This document shows, piece by piece, positions 10,345 through 21,453 of a DNA stretch of 64,000 nucleotides. A program made the translations under genes and the position numbers. How positions within the stretch are numbered: position 1 is the stretch's first letter; each line of letters opens with the position of its first letter. This DNA comes from Elusimicrobiaceae bacterium. GTDB taxonomy: Bacteria > Elusimicrobiota > Elusimicrobia > Elusimicrobiales > Elusimicrobiaceae. Location of the stretch: the NCBI GenBank assembly GCA_017501565.1, contig JAFVWP010000137.1, positions 1,381-65,380 of the forward strand. Direction: 5' to 3'. The notes under the pieces were generated by a model, which was given only the letters and a program-made list of their open reading frames with translations, made no database searches and was not told the DNA's origin.

Positions 10345-11450
10345 TGAACATCTTGCTTTTGCCCAATAGTTTAAAAGGTTCTTTAAATGCGCGCCAAACG
10401 GCGCGCATTTTAGAAAATGCGTTGGGGAAAAAGCACACACTTAAAACATTTCTTTTATCTGACGGCGGAGACGGATTTATAGATTTCTTCGCTTCGTTAT
10501 ACCCGCAAGCGCAAAAAGTGCGGGTACGCGCACAAAATGCTTTCGGCAAAAAAACCTATACCCATTATTTGTGGCTAGCCACAACCAAGACGGCGGTTTT
10601 GGAAACAGCACGCATCTGTGGCTTAGGCAGTGCAAAAAAACAAGAGCTAGACCCTTTAGGGGCTACGTCTTTCGGGGTAGGGGAAGTGATGCTGCATGCC
10701 TTAAAAAAGGGAGCTAAAAAGATTTTCATCGGCCTGGGCGGAGTGGCATGCAACGACGGCGGCGCGGGAATTGCGCAAGCCTTGGGCATACAACTTTTAG
10801 ATAAAAAAAATCAGCCCTTACCCAAAGGAGCCGAGCCTTTGCTACGCTTAAACCGCATTGATTTTTCTTCTCTGAATAAATCCCTTAAATCCGTCCGAAT
10901 TTACGCGGTGGCTGATGTTACCAATCCGCTTTTAGGGCCGCAAGGTTCCGCGCGGGTTTTCGGCCCGCAAAAAGGTGCTACCCCGGCCCAAGTACGCACC
11001 TTGGAAAAGGCATTATCCGTTTATGCCAAGCATATCCAAAAAGCCACGCAAAAAGACATTTCCCGCGTGCCCTCCACCGCCGCGGCGGGAGCTTTGTGTG
11101 CCGGGCTTTACGGCTTGTTGCAAGCGGAAATTATTTTAGGGTCGGATTTTTTAAAAAAACATTTGCCTTTGCAAAAATGGACCCGTTGGGCCGATTTACT
11201 GATTACTACCGAAGGGAAATTGGACTGCCAAACCTTGTACGGCAAAGCCCCTTTAGCCGCGTTGCAAGCAGCGGCAAAACAGCATAAAAAAGCTTTGTTT
11301 ATTTGCGGAACTTGTGAAGAAAAAGCCCTGAAAAATTTACCCAAAGGCTTGGATTTGTCCGTTCTTTGTCTAACTGATTTTGCCACTTGCGCTGAAGAAA
11401 GCATCAAGCACGCGGCGCACTTTTTACGTTTAGCCGCCAAAAGTATTTAA
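10344..11450 (+). CDS. Glycerate kinase (GlxK/GarK family)
   Basis: PNSLKGSL, SDGGDG, GLGGVACNDGG, VTNPLLG..G.A..FGPQKGA and TEGKLD.QT..GK motifs. Confidence 0.92.
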   Translation: MNILLLPNSLKGSLNARQTARILENALGKKHTLKTFLLSDGGDGFIDFFASLYPQAQKVRVRAQNAFGKKTYTHYLWLATTKTAVLETARICGLGSAKKQELDPLGATSFGVGEVMLHALKKGAKKIFIGLGGVACNDGGAGIAQALGIQLLDKKNQPLPKGAEPLLRLNRIDFSSLNKSLKSVRIYAVADVTNPLLGPQGSARVFGPQKGATPAQVRTLEKALSVYAKHIQKATQKDISRVPSTAAAGALCAGLYGLLQAEIILGSDFLKKHLPLQKWTRWADLLITTEGKLDCQTLYGKAPLAALQAAAKQHKKALFICGTCEEKALKNLPKGLDLSVLCLTDFATCAEESIKHAAHFLRLAAKSI

Positions 11451-12097
11451 TCCAAAAAATCTAAAATATCCGCCGCTTGATTTGCCACAAACGCAGGCTG
11501 ATATTTTTGCAATTCTTCCAAAGCGTGGAAACCCCATGTAACCGCACAAGCATCTACCCGGCTATTGATAGCGGTTTGCATATCCACATCGCTATCCCCT
11601 ACATACAAGGTGTCTTCGGCAGAGATTTGTGTATGTTGTAAAATTTCTTTTACCAATAACGGGTCCGGCTTGACGGGTAAACCTTCCCGCTGGCCTAATA
11701 CTTTGGCAAATTTTATTTCCGGGAAATAATGACGCACCAATTTTTCGGTAGCGCTTTGGTATTTGTTGGAAGCGACCGCCAACACAATTTTCTGCTCTTG
11801 CAAGCGGGCCAATAGATTTGAGATACCCGGATAAGGAGCCGTCAAATCCGCATTATGTTTGTCATAATACGGAACGAACAGGGCTTTCATTTTTTGCACA
11901 TTTTCAGCGGTGCGGTGCTTTTCGGGCAAGGCGCGCTCAAAGAGTTTAGCGATGCCACTGCCAACAAACTGATAATACGCTTTTTCTTTATGCGTGGCAA
12001 AGCCTAATTGTTGCAACGCGTAGTTGGTGGATTGGGCTAAATCCGCAATGGTGTTTAAAAGAGTGCCGTCCAAATCAAATATCACTAATTTTTTCAT
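11447..12097 (-). CDS. HAD-family phosphatase (phosphoglycolate phosphatase-like)
   Basis: FDLDGTL, SNK, KPDP and YVGDSDVD motifs. Confidence 0.9.
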   Translation of the reverse strand: MKKLVIFDLDGTLLNTIADLAQSTNYALQQLGFATHKEKAYYQFVGSGIAKLFERALPEKHRTAENVQKMKALFVPYYDKHNADLTAPYPGISNLLARLQEQKIVLAVASNKYQSATEKLVRHYFPEIKFAKVLGQREGLPVKPDPLLVKEILQHTQISAEDTLYVGDSDVDMQTAINSRVDACAVTWGFHALEELQKYQPAFVANQAADILDFLD

Positions 12098-12993
12098 TTC
12101 TTTTTTTCCTGTAAAATTTGTTTAAAGGCCGTAGCAAGCGCGGCGATAACATCACTTGCCAATACGCAACGATCCGTCAACTTTTCTGCCGCTATATCTG
12201 CACACAATCCATGTAAATATGCCCCGCAAGCGGCGGCCTTGAAAGCACTTTTTCCGTCAAATCCTTCCGCTATGCCTATCTGCGCCCATAGCCCCGCCAT
12301 CAGCCCCGCTAACACATCGCCTGTTCCGGCTTTGGATAAAGCTGGGCCGCCGGTAGGATTGATGTAAAATTTTTCTCCGTTGCTAATCACGCTATTTGAG
12401 CCTTTCAACAGCGCCACCCCGCCGCTTAATTGGGCCAGCTCTTGGGCATATTCTCTGCGGATTTGCGAATCAGAAGAAATAGGTTTAAGCAGTAATCTTT
12501 TCATCTCGCCGGGGTGCGGCGTAAGAATCAGCGGGAAACGGCCTTTCAACCAAGTGTGCCATTTTTTATCTGCGGCTAATTGATTAAGGGCATCGGCATC
12601 TAAAACACAAGGAATTTTATTTTTCTTTAAAAAAGCCGTTACGCAAGCCGTTTTGCCAAGGCCCGGGCCCATTAACAAAACATTCGGTTTATACTCTTGC
12701 GCAACTGCTTTTAATTTAGCCGCCGCCGTTAAAGAAAGCACGCCGTTTTTTTCCGGCAGAGCAAACGTTATCATTTCGGGCAGAGCCGCCGCGGCGACAC
12801 ATTGGCGGCTGCTTGGCAAGGCCAACGCCACCATTCCCGCCCCGCTCATCAAAGCCGCCCGCGCACACAGCACAGCCGCCCCGCTCATATTGGCAGAGCC
12901 GGCCACAATAAGCACACGCCCGAAGGTGCCTTTATGGGCATTCTTCGGGCGATGCGGTAAAAAGGATTTTACTTTGGCGCGGCTCAGGCGCAT
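12094..12993 (-). CDS. nnrD: ADP-dependent NAD(P)HX dehydratase (stand-alone)
   Basis: HKGTFGRV, GPGLG, LDADAL, TPHPGEM, LKG and GTGDVLAG; no N-terminal epimerase domain. Confidence 0.9.
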   Translation of the reverse strand: MRLSRAKVKSFLPHRPKNAHKGTFGRVLIVAGSANMSGAAVLCARAALMSGAGMVALALPSSRQCVAAAALPEMITFALPEKNGVLSLTAAAKLKAVAQEYKPNVLLMGPGLGKTACVTAFLKKNKIPCVLDADALNQLAADKKWHTWLKGRFPLILTPHPGEMKRLLLKPISSDSQIRREYAQELAQLSGGVALLKGSNSVISNGEKFYINPTGGPALSKAGTGDVLAGLMAGLWAQIGIAEGFDGKSAFKAAACGAYLHGLCADIAAEKLTDRCVLASDVIAALATAFKQILQEKKK

Positions 12994-12999
12994 AAGCGT

Positions 13000-14841
13000 T
13001 TACTCCACGGTTACACTTTTAGCCAAATTGCGCGGTTGGTCAATATCGCGTCCCAAGCGTTTGGCCACCCAATACGCAAAAAATTGCAAAGCTACTATGT
13101 CCAATACCGGTTGCAAATATTCGCTGGCTTGCGGCACGATGATTTGCTTGTCAGATACCGCTGCCGCTTCCTCTTTTCCGTCCGGGGTCGTCAACGCGAT
13201 AACAAAAGCTCCGCGCGCACGGCATTCCGCACAGGCCGACAACATTTTATCAAACAAAAGATTTTTAGGCATCAATATCAAAACAGGCGTACCTTTATCT
13301 ATAATAGAAATCGGGCCGTGCTTAATCTCCCCGGCGGCAAACCCTTCTGCCGACACATAAGAAATTTCTTTTAATTTTAAGGCTCCTTCCAAAGCAATCG
13401 GGTAATCCACATTGCGGCCTAAGAAAATAAAACGATCGGATTTATAAATTTTCTTGGTTAAATGGCGCACGTCATATTCAATTTTTAACGTATCCGCTAC
13501 CGCTTTGGGAACGGCCATCAATTCTTTATAAAGTTTATTGAATACCTTTTGGCTGATATTGCCCGAAGCGTGCCCCAAGAAAATAGCCAAAGCATATAAA
13601 GAAATAATCTGGCTGGTAAAAGCCTTGGTGGAAGCCACGCTGATTTCCGGACCGCAATGGGTAAAAAATACGCTGTTACACGCGCGCGTCAAACCAGACC
13701 CCAACACATTGCAGATAGCCAACCGCTTAAAACCCAGCTCTTTGGCCTTTTTAACAGCGCCCAATGTGTCAGCCGTTTCGCCGGATTGGCTAACAGCAAT
13801 ACACAACGTATTTTCTGCCGGCGGAATAGTGCGGTATTTAAACTCACTGGCCAAATCTACCGAAGCGGTCACTCCGGCAAAATTTTCCAAATAGTATTTG
13901 CCGATCATAGCCGCATGGTATGCAGTACCGCACGCCACCAAATAAACATTTTTAATGTTTCGCAAATCAGTGGTTTTTAACCCTAAAATACGTCCGAAAT
14001 CTTCCCGCGCGGTACGCAAGGTGTCTTCTAAGCCTTGGGGTTGCTCATAGATTTCTTTGAGCATAAAATGTTTATAGCCGCCTTTTTCGGCGGTTTTTTC
14101 GTCCCAAGAAATTTTGGTAGTTTTTACCTTAGTTTCCTGTCCGTCCATACCATAAAGTTTTACTCCGTCGGGAGTTAAAACAGCCGTTTGGCCGTCTTCT
14201 AAAAATAAAACTTTAGAAGTATATTTTAAAAAGGCAGGCACATCGGAAGCTAAAAAGTTTTCATTTTTTCCTAAACCGACCACCAAAGGACTTTGGTTTT
14301 TCACCCCGATAATTTGACGCGGCGTTTTGGCCCACATCACCCCATAGGCAAAGGCTCCGTGCAACTCAGCACTGGTTTTCATAACGGCGCGGAAAAGGCG
14401 CTGTTCATGACTGCCGCTGCGGGTATGTTTTAAGTTTTCTTCTATCAAATGGGCAATGACTTCCGTATCGGTTTCGCTTTGAAATTTGTGCCCCAAGGTT
14501 TGTAATTTTTCTTTTAAAGTCAGGTAGTTTTCTATAATGCCGTTATGCACTACCACAATTTCACCGCTGCAATCAGTGTGCGGGTGGGAATTTTCTTCAC
14601 TCGGTTTTCCGTGCGTCGCCCAACGGGTGTGGCCGATGCCGCAAGTGCCTTGCGGTTTATCTTGTGCGACGGCTTTTTCAAGCTCTGCCACTTTCCCTAC
14701 GGCACGAACACGCACGATTTGGCCGTCTTGCACCACGGCAATACCGGCAGAATCATAACCGCGGTATTCCAGCTTTTTTAGTCCGTCAATTAAAGCCGGA
14801 GTGCATTTTTTCGTCCCTACATAGCCGATAATTCCGCACAT
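13000..14841 (-). CDS. glmS: Glutamine-fructose-6-phosphate aminotransferase
   Basis: MCGI, RGYDSAG, GHTRWATHG, SQSGET and PRNLAKSVTVE. Confidence 0.98.
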   Translation of the reverse strand: MCGIIGYVGTKKCTPALIDGLKKLEYRGYDSAGIAVVQDGQIVRVRAVGKVAELEKAVAQDKPQGTCGIGHTRWATHGKPSEENSHPHTDCSGEIVVVHNGIIENYLTLKEKLQTLGHKFQSETDTEVIAHLIEENLKHTRSGSHEQRLFRAVMKTSAELHGAFAYGVMWAKTPRQIIGVKNQSPLVVGLGKNENFLASDVPAFLKYTSKVLFLEDGQTAVLTPDGVKLYGMDGQETKVKTTKISWDEKTAEKGGYKHFMLKEIYEQPQGLEDTLRTAREDFGRILGLKTTDLRNIKNVYLVACGTAYHAAMIGKYYLENFAGVTASVDLASEFKYRTIPPAENTLCIAVSQSGETADTLGAVKKAKELGFKRLAICNVLGSGLTRACNSVFFTHCGPEISVASTKAFTSQIISLYALAIFLGHASGNISQKVFNKLYKELMAVPKAVADTLKIEYDVRHLTKKIYKSDRFIFLGRNVDYPIALEGALKLKEISYVSAEGFAAGEIKHGPISIIDKGTPVLILMPKNLLFDKMLSACAECRARGAFVIALTTPDGKEEAAAVSDKQIIVPQASEYLQPVLDIVALQFFAYWVAKRLGRDIDQPRNLAKSVTVE

Positions 14842-14853
14842 AAGTTTACTCTC

Positions 14854-15570
14854 CTAAAGCAGCTCTTTCATGGCACAAACAGCATTGGGCAACCCCGCCA
14901 ATACAGCGCGGGAAATAATAGAAAAACCAATATTCATACAGCTTATACCGCACAAATCCGCCACCGGCAGAACATTTTCATAATCCAATCCATGCCCCGC
15001 GTGCACTTCCAACCCCAATTCTTTAGCCAACAAAGAAGCCAACGCCAACTCACTTAAAAGTTTGGCTTGTTCTTTTTTGTTTTTGGCTTCGCTGTAATCA
15101 CGGGTGCAAAGCTCCACGATGTCAGCCCCGCACTTAGCCGCGGCACGTATGGAGTCAGCTGTCGGGTCCACAAACAAACTGACCAAAATGCCTTTATCCT
15201 GTAAAGCTTGTGTCATTTGGCGAATGCGGTCAAAATTTTTAGGGGTAAATTTAAGCCCGCCGGTCGTGGTGATTTCTCCCGGCAACTCCGGCACGATACA
15301 AACAGAGCCGGGTTTATGTTTTAAAACCATTTTTTGCATTTCCAGGGAAGAGTTACATTCCAAATGGATTTGCTTGCGGTAAGCTTTGCATAAACGAGCC
15401 AAATCTTTTTCATTCATGTGGCGTTCATCACCGCGGACGTGAATGACAATATAATCAGCCCCTACACACAAACAAAGTTCCGCCGCCACCAACGGATCCG
15501 GATAAGAAGCTCTGCGTGCTTGACGCAGGGTAGCCACATGGTCAATATTAACACCTAGTTTTAATGCCAT
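14854..15570 (-). CDS. pdxJ: Pyridoxine 5'-phosphate synthase
   Basis: LGVNIDHVATLRQAR, VSLFVDP, HAGHGL and NIGFSII. Confidence 0.96.
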   Translation of the reverse strand: MALKLGVNIDHVATLRQARRASYPDPLVAAELCLCVGADYIVIHVRGDERHMNEKDLARLCKAYRKQIHLECNSSLEMQKMVLKHKPGSVCIVPELPGEITTTGGLKFTPKNFDRIRQMTQALQDKGILVSLFVDPTADSIRAAAKCGADIVELCTRDYSEAKNKKEQAKLLSELALASLLAKELGLEVHAGHGLDYENVLPVADLCGISCMNIGFSIISRAVLAGLPNAVCAMKELL

Positions 15571-16919
15571 TATTTTCCCTCCGTTTTGCTGCGGTAAAGA
15601 GTTTCGGCTTCTTCGGCGGTTTGTTTTACCAAAGATTCATCTTCCCCTTCTACTAAAATGCGTAATTTCGGCTCAGTGCCGCTGTAACGCACAAAAATAC
15701 GTCCTTTTCCGCCTAAGCGGTTTTCCAAAAATTGTATACCTTCCAAAAAGCCGGGTAAACTTTCCAAGGCGGGCTTTTGCTCAACGGCAATAGCGCGCAA
15801 CTCACAGGGATATTTTTTCCACCGCAAGGCAAACTCACTCATGGAAAGACCGGATTTTTTGGCTAATTGCAAAAATTGCAAAGCCGATAAAATTCCGTCG
15901 CCGGTATTGGAATAATACGGGAAAATAATATGGCCGGAAGTTTCCCCCCCAATAGCCAAGCCGTCCTTCTCCAAAGCTTGTGCCACATATTTATCCCCCA
16001 CCGGAGTAAGGGCCATTTCTACGCCGTTTTCTTTCAAATAATTAATACAGCCCAAATTGGCCATAATGGTCATAACGGCTTTGTTTTGTGGCAATTTCCC
16101 TTCTTGCTTTAGCGCCAAAGCAGAAGCGGCAATAATATATTCTCCGTCCAACGGACGTCCTTCTTCATCGGAAGCTATTACGCGGTCGGCATCGCCGTCA
16201 AAACTAAAGCCGGCATAGGCGTTTTCTTGTTTGACCAAAGCGCGCATTTTGGAAGTATGCAAAGCACCCACGCCTTCATTAATCAATGCGCCGTCATTTT
16301 TATCTGCCAACACGACTACTTTCATACCCAAAGATTTAAATACTTCCGGGGCAATTTTATAAGCAGCGCCGTTGGCACAATCCAATACTACTTTGGTATC
16401 TTTAAAAACTCGCGGGTCAATGGTCGCTTTTAAGAAATTCTTATACCCTTCCACCAATTCCGGCGCGGGGCGGTAAGTCCCCACCGCGGCGGGTACTTCG
16501 GTTAATTTTTCAATAGCGGCTTCAATGCTGTCTTCCATTTCTTCGGGCAGTTTGGTGCCGCGGTGGGAGAAAAATTTAATGCCGTTAAACTCCGGCGGGT
16601 TATGGCTGGCAGAAATAACGATGCCACATAAAGAGCCGGTTTGTTTGACCGCAGTAGCCACTGCCGGAGTAGGGGCAATCCCCATATCCAACACGTCTGC
16701 CCCGGCGGCACGAATACCGGCCGATAAATTTTCTAAAATAGACGGGCCGGACAAGCGCGTATCACGCGCGATGATGACCTGATTTTTCAAATGCTGCTCT
16801 TGCGCCACGACGGCTAATTCTTTCAAGGCGCAATAGCCCAATTTAACAATAAAATCTTCCGTCAACGGAAATTGCCCTGCCACGGCACGAACGCCGTCTG
16901 TACCAAAATACTTACCCAT
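15570..16919 (-). CDS. glmM: Phosphoglucosamine mutase
   Basis: FGTDGVR, SASHNP, DGDADR, GGETSGH and RYSGTEP. Confidence 0.96.
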   Translation of the reverse strand: MGKYFGTDGVRAVAGQFPLTEDFIVKLGYCALKELAVVAQEQHLKNQVIIARDTRLSGPSILENLSAGIRAAGADVLDMGIAPTPAVATAVKQTGSLCGIVISASHNPPEFNGIKFFSHRGTKLPEEMEDSIEAAIEKLTEVPAAVGTYRPAPELVEGYKNFLKATIDPRVFKDTKVVLDCANGAAYKIAPEVFKSLGMKVVVLADKNDGALINEGVGALHTSKMRALVKQENAYAGFSFDGDADRVIASDEEGRPLDGEYIIAASALALKQEGKLPQNKAVMTIMANLGCINYLKENGVEMALTPVGDKYVAQALEKDGLAIGGETSGHIIFPYYSNTGDGILSALQFLQLAKKSGLSMSEFALRWKKYPCELRAIAVEQKPALESLPGFLEGIQFLENRLGGKGRIFVRYSGTEPKLRILVEGEDESLVKQTAEEAETLYRSKTEGK

Positions 16920-16978
16920 ACTTTCCTCTTTTCAGCTTACAATAGAAAATAGGCCCGCGCACCGGGCGCGGGCACAGC

Positions 16979-18922
16979 TTAAAACAATTGGGGTTGTTCG
17001 GGAGCCTTGTTTTCTTCGTTTTTATCTTCTTTTTTCGGCTCTGTTTTTTCTTGCGAAGCGGTTTCTTCTTTATCAGGAGTTTGCACCGGTTCTTCTTCTT
17101 TTTTAGCCGGAGCAAAACCTAAAATTTCGTCTATTTCGGCCGCTTCCACTACTTCTTTTTCCAACAACCGCTCCACCAACGTATCAAATTGAGCGCGGTG
17201 GGAAGTAATAATTTCTTTTGCACGGGCATAAGCCCCTTGTAAAGTATCGGAAATTTCCGCATCTATCCGGCGGGCCAAATCTTCGGAATATTGGCGATGG
17301 CGGGAGAAATCTCTTCCTAAGAAGACTTCCCCTTCTTCCCCGCTCGGCAAAGCAATCGGGCCGATTTTGTCGCTCATGCCCAACTCCGTAATCATCTTAC
17401 GAGCATAGGCGGTGGCTTTGTTTAAATCGTCGCTGGCGCCGGAAGTAATTTCCCCAAAAGAAATTTCTTCCGCTACACGTCCGGCTAAAAAGATGCAAAT
17501 GCGGTCCAAAATTTCGGATTTGCTGGTTAAGAACTTATCTTCCAACGGCAATTGCAAAGTATAGCCCAACGCCTGTCCGCGCGGGATAATGGTTACTTTA
17601 TGCACCGGGTCCGAATGATCGGTCAAGCGGGCCACCAAAGTATGCCCCACTTCATGCGCGGCAATAATCTTTTTTTCTTTTTCGGAAATGATACGGCTCT
17701 TTTTCTGCGGTCCGGCAATGACCCGTTCCACAGCTTCGTCCATGTCGGCATTGTCCACGGCATCTTTATCGGCGCGGGCGGCTAAAATGGCCGCTTCGTT
17801 AATAACATTGGCCAAATCTGCCCCCACAAAACCGGGGGTACCTTTGGCAATGGTTTTTAAATCCACTTCCGGAGCCAATTTTACTTTTTTGGCATGCACT
17901 TTTAAGATTTCTTCCCGTCCTTTCAAATCCGGCGCGGGGACGGAAACGTGTCTGTCAAAGCGGCCGGGGCGCACCAAGGCAGGGTCCAATACGTCCGGGC
18001 GGTTGGTAGAAGCCATTAAAATAATGCCTTGTTTGCTTTCAAAGCCGTCCAACTCAATTAAAAGTTGGTTTAAGGTTTGTTCGCGTTCATCATGACCGCC
18101 GCCGATACCGGCAAAACGTCTGCGGCCTACGGCATCTAATTCGTCAATAAAAATGATGGCGGGGGAATTTTTCTTGGCTTGGTCAAACAAATCCCGCACG
18201 CGGGCCGCACCGACCCCTACAAACATTTCCACAAATTCAGAAGCAGACGCACTAAAGAAAGCCACTCCGGCTTCTCCGGCTACGGCTTTGGCCAGCAAAG
18301 TCTTACCTGTACCGGGAGCGCCGTAAAGCAAAATACCTTTGGGCAATTTACCGCCAAGTTTTTGGAATTTTTTCGGATTTTTCAAAAATTTAATAACGTC
18401 TTGCAGTTCTTCTTTGGCTTCTTCCACACCGGCCACGTCTTTAAACGTAATGTTTTGTTTGGAAGGATCTTGCATTTTGGCTTTGCTGCGGGCAAAGTTC
18501 ATGGCGCTTTTTCCGTCGTTTCTTTGCGGACGGATAAAAACGAACCACCACAAACCGATAAGCACAAAAATCCATAAAACATTAAAGAAAATACTGCTCA
18601 ACCAACTATTATCCGCTTGCGCCTTAAAAGAAATATCCTTCGCCGTCAGCTCTCTGACCAAGTCGGGGTCTTCCATGCGAATGGTTTTGAAAGTGCTTTC
18701 TTTTCCGTCGGCATCTTTTACTTTCCCGCTGATAAGGGTGGGAGCAATCGTCAAATCAGACACTTCCGCCGACGCTACTTTTTGCTTAAAGGCAGAATAA
18801 TCCAATGTTTTGGCTTGATTACCCGGACGATTGAAGAAAAATACGGCCAGGCCAAAAATAGCCACCCACATCAAAATTTGATGAAAGGACACAATACGGC
18901 GCTTATTATTTTTGTTATTCAT
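16979..18922 (-). CDS. ftsH: ATP-dependent zinc metalloprotease FtsH
   Basis: Two TM segments, [15 protein letters not shown] ([19 protein letters not shown]) and HEVGH. Confidence 0.98.
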   Translation of the reverse strand: MNNKNNKRRIVSFHQILMWVAIFGLAVFFFNRPGNQAKTLDYSAFKQKVASAEVSDLTIAPTLISGKVKDADGKESTFKTIRMEDPDLVRELTAKDISFKAQADNSWLSSIFFNVLWIFVLIGLWWFVFIRPQRNDGKSAMNFARSKAKMQDPSKQNITFKDVAGVEEAKEELQDVIKFLKNPKKFQKLGGKLPKGILLYGAPGTGKTLLAKAVAGEAGVAFFSASASEFVEMFVGVGAARVRDLFDQAKKNSPAIIFIDELDAVGRRRFAGIGGGHDEREQTLNQLLIELDGFESKQGIILMASTNRPDVLDPALVRPGRFDRHVSVPAPDLKGREEILKVHAKKVKLAPEVDLKTIAKGTPGFVGADLANVINEAAILAARADKDAVDNADMDEAVERVIAGPQKKSRIISEKEKKIIAAHEVGHTLVARLTDHSDPVHKVTIIPRGQALGYTLQLPLEDKFLTSKSEILDRICIFLAGRVAEEISFGEITSGASDDLNKATAYARKMITELGMSDKIGPIALPSGEEGEVFLGRDFSRHRQYSEDLARRIDAEISDTLQGAYARAKEIITSHRAQFDTLVERLLEKEVVEAAEIDEILGFAPAKKEEEPVQTPDKEETASQEKTEPKKEDKNEENKAPEQPQLF

Positions 18923-19449
18923 TATTTCTTAAATACTCCGATATAAGGCAAGTTGCGGTAAAGCTCATTGTAGTCTAAACCATAACCGATAACAAATTCA
19001 TTTTCAATTTGAAAGCCGATATATTTCGGGTGGACTTCCGCCTTGCGGTTGGCGGGTTTATCCAACAAACAGCAAATTTCTATGCTGGCGGCACCGCGGC
19101 TTTGTAAGTTTTTCATCAGATAATCCAACGTTAAACCGGTATCTACGATGTCTTCTACGATAATTACATGGCGGCCTTTAATGCTTTCACGCAAGTCCAA
19201 CATGGTGCGCACTTCACCGGTGGAGCTGGTGCCGCAATAAGAAGACAAACACATAAAGTCCATATTGCAATCTACGCTTACCGCACGCAATAAATCTGCA
19301 TAAAACATTATACAACCACGCAAAATACCGACGAACAAAGGCTGTTTGCCTCTGTAATCGGCAGAAATTTCACGGCCTAGTTCATTCACTCTTTCGGCCA
19401 ATTGATCTTGAGAAAATAAAACACGCTGTAAAACCGGCGTATCAGACAT
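18922..19449 (-). CDS. hpt: Hypoxanthine phosphoribosyltransferase
   Basis: IVEDIVDTG PRPP motif and FVIGYGLDY; upstream of ftsH as is usual. Confidence 0.96.
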   Translation of the reverse strand: MSDTPVLQRVLFSQDQLAERVNELGREISADYRGKQPLFVGILRGCIMFYADLLRAVSVDCNMDFMCLSSYCGTSSTGEVRTMLDLRESIKGRHVIIVEDIVDTGLTLDYLMKNLQSRGAASIEICCLLDKPANRKAEVHPKYIGFQIENEFVIGYGLDYNELYRNLPYIGVFKK

Positions 19450-19523
19450 AAAGCCTCCAATAGAATTTATATAAATACAGGATACCTTTTTTTACGCGTT
19501 CTGTGAAGATATTATTTCATAAA

Positions 19524-19550
19524 AAAACGCCCGCTTTTCGCGGGCGTTTT
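19524..19550 (-). terminator. Intrinsic terminator after mutL
   Basis: AAAACGCCCGC-TTTTC-GCGGGCGTTTT. Confidence 0.75.
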
Positions 19551-19575
19551 ATTGGGTTCTCTTCTTTTTAAATTT

Positions 19576-21453
19576 TTATCTACCAAATAATTTAGCAATG
19601 TCTTTAATAGCTAAAGACACCACACAGGGCCGTCCGTGCGGGCAGTGCATGCCGTCTTTGCATTTCTTCATGCTATCCAGCAAGGCTTCCGCTTCGGCGG
19701 CAGAAATAACATCATGCGCTTTAATCGCTTTTTTACAGGCCAACATCGCCACCATCTTTTTCTTCAGGCTGTCGTCTGATTTAGCGGGGTCTCCCACAAT
19801 TTGCGCCAAAGATTGCACGAAATTTTTCATATCATTTTCTTTAAAGCGCAAGACCGCCGGCAAACTATTAAGCAAAATCGTACGGGCCGAAAAAAGACTA
19901 ATATCAAACCCGGCTGTTTTCAGCCAAGGGGCCCAACTCATCAAACTTTCGGCATTGCTGGGCGGCAAATCTACATGTATAGGAAAAATCAGCTCTTGCA
20001 CCGCAATATCTTGTTTTTCAAAAGAATCTAAATATTGCTCGTACAAGACACGCTCTTGCGCCGCGTGCTGGTCTATTAAAATCAAGCCGTCCGGATTTTC
20101 AAACACCAAATATGTATTTTGTAATTGCCCCAAATAGCGGTAGGGGCCTTTCCACCAAGCGGGCAAATTTTCTTGGCCCGCGGGCAGCGCATTGCCCGAC
20201 GGAGCTTTTTCTGCCGGGGCACCGGAGCCATAAGGCACCGGCTCTTCCGTTTCGCGCACCATAAAAGTCGGTTTAGGCGTAAAAACAGAAGGCTTTTGCG
20301 CCGGAACAGATAAGGGTAAAGCGGAAGGTTTTTCTTCAAAAAGCGGAGCCGATTCTTTCGGAGCGGGAGTTAGCTCTTTCAGCACAGACAAGGGGGCTTT
20401 TACGTCCGTTGTTTGGGCAGAAGCAGAAGACTCTTTTACCGACATAGGCACTGCAGTAGCCGAATAAAAAATCGTTTCGCTGACGGCATTTAACACGGCA
20501 TTAAACATTGCGCGTTCATCGGCAAAGCGGATATCGCGCTTTTGCGGGTGAATATTCACATCAAAAGAAGCGGGGTCTAATTCTAAATAAATAATAAAAG
20601 CCGGGTGGCGGTCTTTAGAGCGGACATTTTGAAACGCTCTGTAAATGGCCTGTTGAATCGTTTTGCTTTCCACCGGACGGCGATTAACAAACACAAACTG
20701 CAAATCCCGCGTAGCTACTAATTTTTCCGGTGGAGTAACAAATATTTTAAGACCTAAATTTTCAAAACTTTTGGCTAATAAAGATCCGCCTACTTCCGTA
20801 CCCAAAATCTCTTTGGCGCGCGTAATAACGGCTTCTTCTACGGGGCCGTCTTGCGCGGGCAGACGATATTTTTCGCGTCCGTTGCTAAATACGCTATACC
20901 CCACTTGTAAATTTGCCAAAGCGCTTTCTTCCACCACTTTTAACAGACAGGCATTCTCATAAGCTTCGCTTTTTAAGAATTTTAAGCGGGCGGGTACATT
21001 AAAAAATAAATCTTTGATTTCTATGGTAGTGCCCGCAATGGCCGGAGCGGGGCTTTGGGACAGCACCTTTCCGCCGGATACTTCCACCCGGCTACCCACA
21101 CCGCCCGGCACACAGCTGGTTAAGGTCATATTAGACACAGCCGCCACCGAGTATAACGCTTCCCCGCGAAACCCAAAACTGCGCAAGGTGTTTAAATCGT
21201 TAAATGTTTTAATTTTGCTGGTAGCATGGCGCAAAATACTTGTTGCCAAGTCTTCGGCAGTCATACCACAGCCGTTATCGTTAATGCGGATTAATTCCCG
21301 CCCCCCGCCTTTGATGTCTATATTAATGCTGGTGGCCCCCGCATCTACGGAGTTTTCCAACAATTCTTTCAATACACCGGCGGGCCGCTCTATTACTTCT
21401 CCGGCAGCAATTTGGCTGGCGGTGGCTTCGTCCAATACGTGAATTTTATTCAT
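19576..21453 (-). CDS. mutL: DNA mismatch repair protein MutL
   Basis: GHKL motifs (ELLENSVDAG, DNGCG, GFRGEAL); endonuclease motifs DQHAAQERVLYE, ACK and CPHGRP. Confidence 0.98.
   Translation of the reverse strand: MNKIHVLDEATASQIAAGEVIERPAGVLKELLENSVDAGATSINIDIKGGGRELIRINDNGCGMTAEDLATSILRHATSKIKTFNDLNTLRSFGFRGEALYSVAAVSNMTLTSCVPGGVGSRVEVSGGKVLSQSPAPAIAGTTIEIKDLFFNVPARLKFLKSEAYENACLLKVVEESALANLQVGYSVFSNGREKYRLPAQDGPVEEAVITRAKEILGTEVGGSLLAKSFENLGLKIFVTPPEKLVATRDLQFVFVNRRPVESKTIQQAIYRAFQNVRSKDRHPAFIIYLELDPASFDVNIHPQKRDIRFADERAMFNAVLNAVSETIFYSATAVPMSVKESSASAQTTDVKAPLSVLKELTPAPKESAPLFEEKPSALPLSVPAQKPSVFTPKPTFMVRETEEPVPYGSGAPAEKAPSGNALPAGQENLPAWWKGPYRYLGQLQNTYLVFENPDGLILIDQHAAQERVLYEQYLDSFEKQDIAVQELIFPIHVDLPPSNAESLMSWAPWLKTAGFDISLFSARTILLNSLPAVLRFKENDMKNFVQSLAQIVGDPAKSDDSLKKKMVAMLACKKAIKAHDVISAAEAEALLDSMKKCKDGMHCPHGRPCVVSLAIKDIAKLFGR

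Noticed and set aside
14842-14853. glmS ribozyme
   Set aside because: Only 12 bp separate pdxJ and glmS, leaving no room.
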